A stretch of 32,000 nt of DNA from Coprobacillaceae bacterium (GCA_963675515.1 OY776328.1:180001-212000); one strand, 5' to 3'; positions 1 to 8,203 are shown, counted from the first letter of the stretch. The notes: generated by a model not told the origin, from the sequence alone. Made by a program: numbers and translations.

Positions 1-1280
1 TCTTGCCCTAAGATTTCTTTGATGCAACTCCATGCTTCATACAGGTCCTCAACAACCAGATCAGGTGGAATCATGTTGTTCATCGCCTCAATCGCACTGT
101 CAAGAGACTGGCTGGCTTTAAACAGAAGCTGATTTTGACGCAAATTCGTCAATATGTGGTCGCTGTTTTTGGCTATCTTGCCCAGATCGAACAATTTCTT
201 TATTTCCCCAATCAATTCGTGAATATCCTGATTCTTGGCACTGATTTTCACACCATCGATTTCAACTTTCAATCCCTGATCACACTTATTGATGACCGTG
301 ATCCGATTTGTTCCACTTGTGAGTTCAAACAACTCAAGATCTTCATCCGACAATTCCATGGATCCGTCGACAACCAAAAGCACCAGGTCGGCCCGGTTGA
401 TAAGTTCCCTCGACTTTGAGACCCCGATCGCTTCAATCATATTGTCAGTTTCCCTTATCCCGGCTGTATCAATTATATTCAATAATATTCCGTCAATTGA
501 AATATCTCCCTCAACAACATCACGGGTTGTTCCCGCGATATCGGTCACAATAGCTTTGTCTTCTTTAAGAAGCGCATTAAGCAGGCTGCTTTTACCGACA
601 TTAGGTTTTCCGATAATAACTGTAGAAATCCCATCCTTTATCAGTTTGACGTTTTTCGAATCTTCAAGTATCCGCGCCATTTTTTCCTTAAGGTTGGCAG
701 ATCTCTCCAGAAGAACTTCGGTAGTAAGCTGTTCGATATCCAAATATTCGGGATAATCAATATTTACCTCTATATTCGTTATCAGTGCGATCAATTCCTC
801 TTCAAGGTCGTTTATGAATGTCGATATGCTACCCTGAATACCTTTGAGCGCCAGCTGGCTTGCAATTTCATTTTTTGCAGTAATCAAATCAAGGACCGCC
901 TCGGACTGGGCCAAATCGATTCGGCCATTCAAAAAGGCCCGCTTGGTGAACTCGCCACGTTCAGCCATTCTTGCTCCATTGTTCAAGCAAAGTTGCAACA
1001 CCTGATTGGTGATAAACACACCGCCGTGGCAGCTGATTTCCACCATTTCCTCACCGGTAAAAGTTTTGCTGCCCCGGTAAATGCTTACCATGACCTCATC
1101 CACCTTATGGTCGCCATCTTTTAAAAAACCATATGTAATGGTGTGGCTTGGCTTAGTGGATATCTTGCCGGTAAAAAATGATTGGACAAAAGCAATGCAC
1201 TCTTTCCCAGAAACTCTTATGACCGATATGGCCGCCTCCAACCGACTTGTTGCAATCGCAACAATTATATCATCTTCCAT
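1..1280 (-). CDS. mnmE: tRNA modification GTPase MnmE (TrmE); 3' end cut by window edge
   Basis: Absent from the ORF track because it runs off the window. My minus-strand translation from ATG 1280..1278 gives MEDDIIVAIATSRLEAAISVIRVSG...CHGG...GKPNVGKSSLLNALL (G1), DIAGTTRD (G2), DTAGIRET (G3), NKCD (G4), ending ...EAWSCIKEILGQ at position 1. AGGA RBS lies upstream. Position next to jag-yidC-rnpA-rpmH is canonical. Confidence 0.93.
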   Translation of the reverse strand, partial: MEDDIIVAIATSRLEAAISVIRVSGKECIAFVQSFFTGKISTKPSHTITYGFLKDGDHKVDEVMVSIYRGSKTFTGEEMVEISCHGGVFITNQVLQLCLNNGARMAERGEFTKRAFLNGRIDLAQSEAVLDLITAKNEIASQLALKGIQGSISTFINDLEEELIALITNIEVNIDYPEYLDIEQLTTEVLLERSANLKEKMARILEDSKNVKLIKDGISTVIIGKPNVGKSSLLNALLKEDKAIVTDIAGTTRDVVEGDISIDGILLNIIDTAGIRETDNMIEAIGVSKSRELINRADLVLLVVDGSMELSDEDLELFELTSGTNRITVINKCDQGLKVEIDGVKISAKNQDIHELIGEIKKLFDLGKIAKNSDHILTNLRQNQLLFKASQSLDSAIEAMNNMIPPDLVVEDLYEAWSCIKEILGQ

Positions 1281-1405
1281 CTTTATCCTACTTTCATCTA
1301 TATTAAACAAAACAATCATTTATTTATATGCTTCTATATTAATTTACCACATTTTTCCAATTAAACAAGTTTGGATACTGTGTTATTTTTTTTAATCGTC
1401 ATATG

Positions 1406-1414
1406 TGCTATAAT
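1406..1414 (+). promoter_or_regulatory. extended -10 promoter element (TGcTATAAT) for the oxidoreductase gene
   Basis: TGCTATAAT at 1406..1414, about 28 nt upstream of the ATG at 1442. No good -35. This placement makes the ORF-track start at 1403 implausible. Confidence 0.45.
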
Positions 1415-1441
1415 GTGACCATGAACAAGAAGGAGAAACCC

Positions 1442-2401
1442 ATGAAATTAGGATTAATAGGCAGTGGACAAATTGTACAAACGGTTTTGGACTTTATATT
1501 CGATATAGAAGGTATTGAAGTCGTGTCGCTGTATTGTAGAGATGCCAACAAGGGTCACGAACTGACCATAAACACAGGCATTACCCATTACGGCGATTAC
1601 CAGGAGTTCCTGAACAGCGATATCGACACGGTATATGTGGGAATTTCAAATTACATGCATTACGAATTCACCAAATCGGCTTTGCTTAGAGGGAAAAATG
1701 CCATTGTCGAAAAATCATTCACGCTAAATCTTGTAGACGCCATTGAACTCAAAGAAATTGCGCTAAAAAACAATCTATATCTTTTCGAAGCAATCACAAA
1801 CATTCACCTTCCCGAATTCAAGAACATCAAAGATCAGATCCAAAATATCGGTAATGTCAAGATTGTCAGCTGCAATTATTCCCAATATTCATCACGCTAC
1901 GATGCGTTCAAAAAAGGTGAAATACTGCCTGCTTTCGACAAAACAAAGGGAGGTGGAGCCCTGTTCGATTTGAACATTTACAATATCCACTTTGTAGTTG
2001 GTCTTTTCTCGAAACCCGACAAAGTCACCTATTTTCCAAACATCGAACGAGGCGTCGACACCTCGGGAATACTGGTGCTTGAGTACCCTGAGTTCAAGGC
2101 AGTTTGCATCGGATCCAAGGATACATCTGCTCCAATCATCTCCACAATCCAAGGGAATAAGGGATCGATACAGATTCAAGGTCCGGTATCAACACTAAGC
2201 GATAATTATATCCAGTTCAACAATAATCCAAGACAAATGTTGCCAAGCAACAAGAACCACCGGATGGTTCCAGAGTTTAAAGACTTTGCGAAAATCATTG
2301 ACAGCCAGGACTACAACGCGATGAAAGAATTGCTCAATCACAGCATTGATGTAATGGAAGTATTGGAAAAAGCAAAAGTTTCAGGAAACTTGTTTAATTA
2401 G
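1442..2401 (+). CDS. Gfo/Idh/MocA-family NAD(P)-dependent oxidoreductase
   Basis: ORF 1403..2401. Preferred start is ATG 1442 (MKLGLIGSGQIVQ, Rossmann GxGxxG-like), preceded by AGGAG at 1431..1435. It has an EKS motif in place of the family EKP, and length is about 320 aa. Substrate is unknown. Confidence 0.75.
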   Translation: MKLGLIGSGQIVQTVLDFIFDIEGIEVVSLYCRDANKGHELTINTGITHYGDYQEFLNSDIDTVYVGISNYMHYEFTKSALLRGKNAIVEKSFTLNLVDAIELKEIALKNNLYLFEAITNIHLPEFKNIKDQIQNIGNVKIVSCNYSQYSSRYDAFKKGEILPAFDKTKGGGALFDLNIYNIHFVVGLFSKPDKVTYFPNIERGVDTSGILVLEYPEFKAVCIGSKDTSAPIISTIQGNKGSIQIQGPVSTLSDNYIQFNNNPRQMLPSNKNHRMVPEFKDFAKIIDSQDYNAMKELLNHSIDVMEVLEKAKVSGNLFN

Positions 2402-2411
2402 TTTGAATCTT

Positions 2412-2450
2412 AAAAGCACTATCCCAAACCGAATTGGGGATAGTGCTTTT
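2412..2450. terminator. bidirectional intrinsic terminator between convergent oxidoreductase and jag genes
   Basis: AAAA-GCACTATCCC-loop-GGGATAGTGC-TTTT. The 10-bp GC-containing stem is flanked by an A-run and a T-run, so it can terminate both strands. Confidence 0.8.
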
Positions 2451-2452
2451 GA

Positions 2453-3052
2453 TTATTCATAATATGATATGACCATGTGTCGGTTGCGGCCTTCACCGAC
2501 CGATTCCGTCTTTACATGTTCAAACTCATCGACAACTTTATGCATGACTTTTCTTTCATCTGCCGGCATAGGGTCCAATTCAACTTTTTGTTTAGTCTTT
2601 AGGACCTGTTTTGCCAAACGGCGGGCCATTGATGAAACTTTTTTATAGCGTTCTTCTTTATATCCATTTATATCCAAGCTTATTTCAAATCTCTTTTTAA
2701 AGATATTGCTTACCGAAGATCTGACGATAACCGTCAAAGCTCTTAATATCACTCCACCACGGCCAATCAATATCGAGTTGTGATCGGTGTTGATGTTGCA
2801 ATAAATCCGACCGTCTTGAATGTAAGATACAGTCTCAACATCAAATTCCATGCTTGAAACTATGTCCCTGATATAATTTTCCACATATTCACGAACCATC
2901 TCCTGGGTGAAGCAGCTGATTTCAACTTTCTTGGTAAATAAAGTCTTGGTCTCTTTGATAATTTCGTAATATAAATCCTGGCGGCTTGCCTGCAAATCGC
3001 TGCACGCACTTGCCAAGGCATCATCCAGAGTTTTTCCGCTATAAAATTTCAT
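2453..3052 (-). CDS. jag: Jag/KhpB (EloR) RNA-binding protein with Jag_N, KH and R3H domains
   Basis: ORF 2453..3058. MKFYSGKTLDDALASACSDL (Jag_N), ILIGRGGVILRAL (KH GxxG) and a C-terminal R3H-like ERKVMHKVVDEF...GEGRNRHMVI. ATG 3052 is preferred over GTG 3058 because AAGAAGG sits 7 nt upstream of it. Lies downstream of yidC, as is usual. Confidence 0.88.
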   Translation of the reverse strand: MKFYSGKTLDDALASACSDLQASRQDLYYEIIKETKTLFTKKVEISCFTQEMVREYVENYIRDIVSSMEFDVETVSYIQDGRIYCNINTDHNSILIGRGGVILRALTVIVRSSVSNIFKKRFEISLDINGYKEERYKKVSSMARRLAKQVLKTKQKVELDPMPADERKVMHKVVDEFEHVKTESVGEGRNRHMVISYYE

Positions 3053-3064
3053 TGTCACACCTTC

Positions 3065-3979
3065 TTACTTATCTTTATTTGTTTCGTCTCTTTTTACATA
3101 ATCAGGGATTTCCGGTTCTGCTTTCTTTTTCTCTTCAACATGGTGTTCATAGATATACCATGTTCTGATGATGTTGATCACATTGGTGGTGATCCAGTAC
3201 AAAGACATCGCGGCAGGCATTATTGCCGCCATGTAGATGATAAATACAGTCATGATGTTATTCGTCATTTTCAACTGCTTGGTTTGCGAAGTCTCACGAT
3301 AAGTGTTTTTCTTTTTCATCATGATGTTGGTCATCTGGATTCCGAAGAACTGGGTGATACCTACCAAAAGAATCAGTGCCAGGTAGGCGAAATTTCCACC
3401 GGTGATCTGTCCCATTGGAATCGATCCAAGGTTGATTCCCAAAAATGCCGTATCATATAGAATTTCAATTCTTTGTACGGATTGCCACATTGCAATCATG
3501 ATAGGCAAAGTGACCAAAGTAGTCAGCGATCCAAACATGCTGACATTATTCTTCTTGTAAAGTTCGCTGATTTCCTGTTGCATTCTCATCTGAGAAGCCT
3601 GGTCTTTGCGACCTCGATATTTGTTTTGAATCTTCAAGACATCAGGCTGAACCATTTGCATCCTTTGAGTTGATACTGTCGATTTAATCATTACCGGAAG
3701 AATGATGATATTGACAATAACAGTTACCGCAACCACGCCGGCAGCAACGTTACCAAATATATCAGTGATCATCAAAATAAGTTTTGCCAAAGGAATTACC
3801 AAAATAAAATCGAATATCCCGTTGGACATGTTCCATGGAGTTGTTGAGTTGATAGCCCGATCAGCGATCAAAACTCCATTGGAATCAATATTTCTTGTAC
3901 ATCCAGTCAAAGCAACCAAAACCAGCATCAAAATGGCCAGCTTTAGATATTTCTTAGAATTTCTATCTAGTACGAACAT
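3065..3979 (-). CDS. yidC: membrane protein insertase YidC/SpoIIIJ (lipoprotein type)
   Basis: Lipobox LVALTGC near the N-terminus, multiple TM segments and a basic C-terminal tail. Located between rnpA and jag. Confidence 0.9.
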   Translation of the reverse strand: MFVLDRNSKKYLKLAILMLVLVALTGCTRNIDSNGVLIADRAINSTTPWNMSNGIFDFILVIPLAKLILMITDIFGNVAAGVVAVTVIVNIIILPVMIKSTVSTQRMQMVQPDVLKIQNKYRGRKDQASQMRMQQEISELYKKNNVSMFGSLTTLVTLPIMIAMWQSVQRIEILYDTAFLGINLGSIPMGQITGGNFAYLALILLVGITQFFGIQMTNIMMKKKNTYRETSQTKQLKMTNNIMTVFIIYMAAIMPAAMSLYWITTNVINIIRTWYIYEHHVEEKKKAEPEIPDYVKRDETNKDK

Positions 3980-4316
3980 TTTTTTCCATCCTCTTATTAA
4001 TTTTTATCATCAGCTTTGCCAATGAATTTTTATTATCTTCATAATTATACAATAAATAATCTTTCCTTGCTATGATAATATAGTCATTTGTCAAATTTAA
4101 ATCAATAATCTCATCGGCCATTGATCTAATCTGGCGTTTGATTTTGTTTCGAATTACAGCGTTTCCTATTTTCTTTGATACGGATATTCCCAATCGCACA
4201 TGGTCTGTTTCATTTTGAGCAGCGTAAACAATAAATGATTTATTGGCAACACTAATTTTTTTACCTATTATTCGCGAAAAATCTTCATTTTTCTTTACTC
4301 GATATTCTTTTTTCAT
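3963..4316 (-). CDS. rnpA: ribonuclease P protein component
   Basis: 117 aa and basic. Contains LGISVSKKIGNAVIRNKIKRQIR (RNR motif region). Immediately downstream of rpmH and overlaps the yidC start by 17 nt. Confidence 0.92.
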   Translation of the reverse strand: MKKEYRVKKNEDFSRIIGKKISVANKSFIVYAAQNETDHVRLGISVSKKIGNAVIRNKIKRQIRSMADEIIDLNLTNDYIIIARKDYLLYNYEDNKNSLAKLMIKINKRMEKNVRTR

Positions 4317-4328
4317 AATAAATTGTAA

Positions 4329-4357
4329 GAAAAAGATCCACTATATTAGTGGATCTC
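4329..4357 (-). terminator. hairpin plus U-run between rpmH and rnpA (terminator/attenuator-like)
   Basis: Minus-strand RNA AGAUCCAC-uaauaua-GUGGAUCU followed by UUUUCUU. It sits in the 43-nt gap between the rpmH stop (4360) and the rnpA start (4316). Confidence 0.5.
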
Positions 4358-4359
4358 TT

Positions 4360-4494
4360 TTAAACTGTTAAGCTCTTTCTTCCTCTTTTGCGGCGACGTG
4401 CGAGTACTTTTCTTCCACCTACTGTAGCCATTCTTGCTCTAAAACCATGAGTTTTTGCTCTCTTGCGTTTATTTGGTTGATATGTTCTTTTCAT
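4360..4494 (-). CDS. rpmH: 50S ribosomal protein L34
   Basis: Below the ORF-track size cut-off. My translation is [44 protein letters not shown] (44 aa). GGAGGTG RBS lies upstream. Canonical position facing away from dnaA. Confidence 0.95.
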   Translation of the reverse strand: MKRTYQPNKRKRAKTHGFRARMATVGGRKVLARRRKRGRKSLTV

Positions 4495-4548
4495 AAAGTT
4501 AGACACCTCCATAATACATTTTTTTATACATTTAACATATGCTAGACA

Positions 4549-4578
4549 ATTATATACTAATCAAAGGGATAAAGTCAA
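4549..4578 (-). promoter_or_regulatory. candidate sigmaA promoter of rpmH-rnpA-yidC-jag operon
   Basis: Minus strand reads TTGACT (4578..4573), an 18-nt spacer, then TATAAT (4554..4549), about 55 nt upstream of the rpmH ATG. Confidence 0.5.
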
Positions 4579-5065
4579 ATTATATTTTTCTTTTTTTAGC
4601 TTATCATAACTGAATAATTGCGATAAAATCTAAAAATTTTCAAACAGGATGCATTCAAACGATAAACATTGGCTAATGTTTCCACATCATATTACCTAAA
4701 GTCACATTTATTGTGACTTTTAGTCAAAGTACCAGCTTTTTATATTATTGATCAATATTTCGATTTCCTAAAAATACTGATTACATCTATAGATCCATTG
4801 TGATTTGGCAGTATGCTAAGCTGCCAATCAGTTATTTTATTGTCTGCTTGGATTATTTAAAGTGTGTAAAACAATTTCAGTTTTCCCCTAGGATATCGCA
4901 ATATCCCTTTCAGGTTAATGATAACACAATTGAGAAAGTCACATTCACCTGTGCAATTTCAATTCAATATGTCAATTTGTCCTTTTAATTGATTTTATGT
5001 TAATTATAACGACCGTAATGTTTCATAAAAGTGATTATTTATTGATATTAATTCAAAATTTCCTT

Positions 5066-5421
5066 AATTCACAATGTGACTTTTGTGAATTTGAATTTAT
5101 GCCTTGAATTCAATAGAAAACTTTAAACGCTTGATTTTTAAAATTTTTGTGAGTTTTCGATTTATAGTTATGTGAATTAGTGTGAATTAAATTATTTTAC
5201 GCGATACCATCGGCAATTTTTATGTGAAATTGAATGTTCCATTTGTTTGAGAATTTCTATTTATTCCCTATTTTTCAATGTGACCAAATTCTATGCCCAA
5301 TTGATAATTTGTGACTTTTGTGAATAAATATACTTAATTCAGTAATCTTCGCATTTTTTTTGTGAATTTGTTGTGGATAAGTTGTGGCTTACAAAAAATG
5401 CCTTTATTTTGATGTGAATAA
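5066..5421 (+). promoter_or_regulatory. oriC upstream half / dnaA promoter region: array of co-oriented DnaA boxes
   Basis: About 13 TGTG(A/G)Nxxx elements, all in one orientation. They include the consensus TGTGGATAA at 5372..5380 and TGTGAATAA at 5319 and 5413. A TATAAT at 5426..5431 is a possible dnaA -10. Details are in the findings. Confidence 0.8.
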
Positions 5422-5454
5422 CATATATAATTCTCAATGTAGGGGGTAGAAAAC

Positions 5455-6789
5455 ATGAATGACTATGATAAAATTTGGCATTTGTGTTTGGATGAATTGG
5501 AGCATGAAATTGACGACCAACCTGAGGAGAAGATAATCTTTGACTCATATCTAAGAACGGCATCAATTGTTGCTATTGATAATAATATTGTGACGATAAC
5601 TCATCGTTTCAATATGGTTATTCACAACATTCTCAAATACAGTGACCAAATCGAGACAATTTTATCTCGTCTTCTTTCTACCAATATAGCTCTAAAAGTA
5701 ATGTCTAGTGATGACTATACCAAATTGCAGAATAATGAAGTATTTGAAAGCAACATTAACCCGGAATTGACTTTCGACAATTTCGTCGTCGGTTCATCAA
5801 ACCAATTTGCTCAAAATGCTGCATTGCACGTTGCTTTAAACCCAGGTTCCACCTTCAATCCGCTATTTATTTATTCAAATCCCGGACTTGGTAAAACCCA
5901 TCTATTGCACGCAATTGGCAACTTTGCATATAGCAAGAACAGTGATCTTAAAATCAGATACATTACTTCAAAAGAGTTTGTTGATGAAGTCGTTAATTCC
6001 ATCAAAAATAGAAAATCAGATGAATTATTGAGCCGCTATAAAAAAATTAATATTCTCTTAATAGATGATATTCAATTTCTTTTTAACAAGGACAAAAGCA
6101 GCGAGATGTTCTTCCATATTTTTAATGATTTAATCGCAAATAATCGACAAATTGTTATCACCAGTGATAAGATGCCAGACGAGTTGAACGGCATCGAAGA
6201 TCGCTTGATAAGCCGTTTCAAGTCGGGTCTTTCCTATGGGATTGAACCCCCGAATTTCGACACGGCACGCGCTATATTGAAAAAGAAGATAGATAACCTG
6301 GACAACAGCCAAATTCAAATCAGCGATGATGTCGTTGACTTTATGGTTACCAATTATGGACGAGATATCCGTAATCTTGAAGGTGCATTAAAGCGATTGT
6401 TTTTTGTAAGTATTATTTATCATGCTGACAAGATAGATATGGATCTTGCCTTGGAGGCGTTTAAAGATGATAAAGTAACCATTAGTTCGACTAAAAGGGA
6501 ACTTTCAAGTGAATCTATTTTGAAAACGACTGCTGAGTATTACAATCTGCTTGCATCACAAGTTATTTCCAAGAACAAGAAGCGAATGCTGACAATTCCA
6601 AGGGAAATGGGTATGTACCTGATGCGTGAACAACTTGATCTCACCTTTGTTGAAATAGGACTTATATATTCAGGACGGGACCATTCAACTGTGATGAAGG
6701 CATGCAAGCGTGTTGAAACAAAATTGAAAAAAGATGTCGAATACAAAAAAGCATTGAATCAGATAAAGGAACGTCTAGGTATCCTTTAA
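5455..6789 (+). CDS. dnaA: chromosomal replication initiator protein DnaA
   Basis: Walker A GLGKTHLLHAIGN, Walker B LLIDDIQF, sensor/box VII region and C-terminal helix-turn-helix GGRDHSTVMKACKRV-type (SGRDHSTVMKA). AGGGGG RBS. Confidence 0.98.
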   Translation: MNDYDKIWHLCLDELEHEIDDQPEEKIIFDSYLRTASIVAIDNNIVTITHRFNMVIHNILKYSDQIETILSRLLSTNIALKVMSSDDYTKLQNNEVFESNINPELTFDNFVVGSSNQFAQNAALHVALNPGSTFNPLFIYSNPGLGKTHLLHAIGNFAYSKNSDLKIRYITSKEFVDEVVNSIKNRKSDELLSRYKKINILLIDDIQFLFNKDKSSEMFFHIFNDLIANNRQIVITSDKMPDELNGIEDRLISRFKSGLSYGIEPPNFDTARAILKKKIDNLDNSQIQISDDVVDFMVTNYGRDIRNLEGALKRLFFVSIIYHADKIDMDLALEAFKDDKVTISSTKRELSSESILKTTAEYYNLLASQVISKNKKRMLTIPREMGMYLMREQLDLTFVEIGLIYSGRDHSTVMKACKRVETKLKKDVEYKKALNQIKERLGIL

Positions 6790-6925
6790 GCACATTTTAT
6801 GCCCAATTGAAAATCACATCGTTTATGCCGATTATATCGACTAAATTCGACTTAGTCACAAAAGTCACACCATAATAATAATAATTAACTATTATTAAAT
6901 AATATATATAAAGAGAGGCGATAAA
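6790..6925 (+). promoter_or_regulatory. oriC downstream half: tandem DnaA-box pair plus A+T-rich unwinding element candidate
   Basis: AAAATCACA at 6810..6818. Tandem TTAGTCACA/AAAGTCACA at 6852..6869. Then a 41-nt tract at 6872..6912 containing a single C and showing 3-nt periodicity. The dnaA-dnaN spacer is the usual DUE location in Bacillota. Confidence 0.7.
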
Positions 6926-8041
6926 ATGAATTTTAAAGTTAACCGGATTATATTATTGAATTCTTTATCAAAAGTTTCTAAAGCTGTCAGCTATAAAACA
7001 CCTTTACCTGCATTGACTGGTATCAAGTTCGATTTATATCCCAATTTTTTGCAATTGACTGCAAGTGAACAGAATATTGCAATTCAAGTTAAAATCGATG
7101 CTGACAATAATTTGGAAATTATCGATACTGGCAGTGTCGTTCTTTCAGCAAAATATATTTTGGAAATAATCAGAAAACTTGATTCTGAAATAGTTGAGTT
7201 TGAAATTATTGATGGTTTTTTAACAAGAATATCAGGAGGAAATTCCGAATTCAATTTGAATGGAACTGATCCTCTTGATTATCCACAGATCGACTTGATT
7301 CCAAAGGGACTTCCATTTGAAATGGACAGCATCGATTTGAAGGAATTGATCAATGATACTCGCTTTGCCGCTAGTGAAAAGGAAAATCGTCCCATATTGA
7401 CAGGAATCAACTTGATAGCCAAAAACAACGAACTGGTTGCAATTGGGACAAATTCTTATCGTCTTTCAAAAAAGTCAGTGAAGATTGATAGTGACATAAC
7501 ATTTGACATTACCATACCAGCCAAATCATTGGATGATATATCCAAGATTATTGAAAATCAGGACAATGTGAATATCTACGTTTCTGAAAGAAGTGTGATA
7601 TTCATCTTTGAAAACAATATCATTCTCACTCGTTTGATCGATGGATCTTTTCCTGATGTATCTAGTTTGATTCCAACCCAATTTGCTCATGAATTGACAA
7701 TTGATAGCAGTCTGATTTCAAATTCAATATCCCGTGTTTCTTTGTTGACGAACGAACAAAACAATGTGATTAAACTGGATATGAATATGGATAGGGTTAT
7801 TCTTTCATCATTCATGCAAGAAATCGGCTCGGTTGAAGATACAATCACGGATTGCTTTTACAAAGGTGAGCCTTTATCAATCACTTTCGACAACAAGTAC
7901 ATATCCGATGCGATTAAGGTACTGGATAAAGGAAAAATCAAATTGTGCTTCCCAGGAGAAATGCGTCCATTTATTTTGAAAATGGCTGAAGATGACTCAT
8001 TGATTGAATTGATTCTGCCGGTAAGAACCCATTCTTATTAG
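6926..8041 (+). CDS. dnaN: DNA polymerase III beta sliding clamp
   Basis: 371 aa with three-domain clamp length. Contains NRPILTGINL and a C-terminal MRPFILK...LILPVR. Follows dnaA. Confidence 0.96.
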   Translation: MNFKVNRIILLNSLSKVSKAVSYKTPLPALTGIKFDLYPNFLQLTASEQNIAIQVKIDADNNLEIIDTGSVVLSAKYILEIIRKLDSEIVEFEIIDGFLTRISGGNSEFNLNGTDPLDYPQIDLIPKGLPFEMDSIDLKELINDTRFAASEKENRPILTGINLIAKNNELVAIGTNSYRLSKKSVKIDSDITFDITIPAKSLDDISKIIENQDNVNIYVSERSVIFIFENNIILTRLIDGSFPDVSSLIPTQFAHELTIDSSLISNSISRVSLLTNEQNNVIKLDMNMDRVILSSFMQEIGSVEDTITDCFYKGEPLSITFDNKYISDAIKVLDKGKIKLCFPGEMRPFILKMAEDDSLIELILPVRTHSY

Positions 8042-8052
8042 ATTTCATTATA

Positions 8053-8079
8053 ACATCTGTATTTGACAGGTGTTTTTTT
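8053..8079 (+). terminator. intrinsic terminator after dnaN
   Basis: ACATCTGT-atttg-ACAGGTGT (8 bp with one G-U pair) followed by TTTTTT. Confidence 0.65.
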
Positions 8080-8203
8080 ATTGCAAGATCTCTATTTTGG
8101 TTATATTTGCGATTTAAGCGGGATTAGGGCATATATAATATCCCTATCCGTTAAAAGAATTTTAGCTAAAATAAGGATATTTAATGCCTTTTATTGATAA
8201 ATA

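Noticed and set aside
135-1395. Plus-strand ORFs 135..419, 289..756, 1081..1395 and 1182..1364 from the ORF track
   Set aside because: All lie antisense to, or overlap the start of, the clearly recognisable mnmE gene. They have low-complexity translations and no RBS. They are frame shadows of a conserved gene.
4800-4988. 62-aa ORF inside the rpmH-dnaA spacer
   Set aside because: It has a GTG start without an RBS and implausible composition, and it lies within origin DNA. No support as a gene.
6837-6852. Direct repeat ATCGACTA / TTCGACTT (10-bp register) resembling the complement of the Spo0A 0A box (TTCGACA) in the dnaA-dnaN spacer
   Set aside because: The matches are only 5-6 of 7 positions over two short sites. 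I cannot tell whether this organism has Spo0A. The evidence is too weak to call.
8082-8203. Small hairpins (for example TAGGG...CCCTA near 8126..8150) in the dnaN-yaaA spacer as a possible regulatory RNA
   Set aside because: The stems are 5-6 bp in AT-rich DNA with no flanking conserved motif that I recognise. They are indistinguishable from chance.
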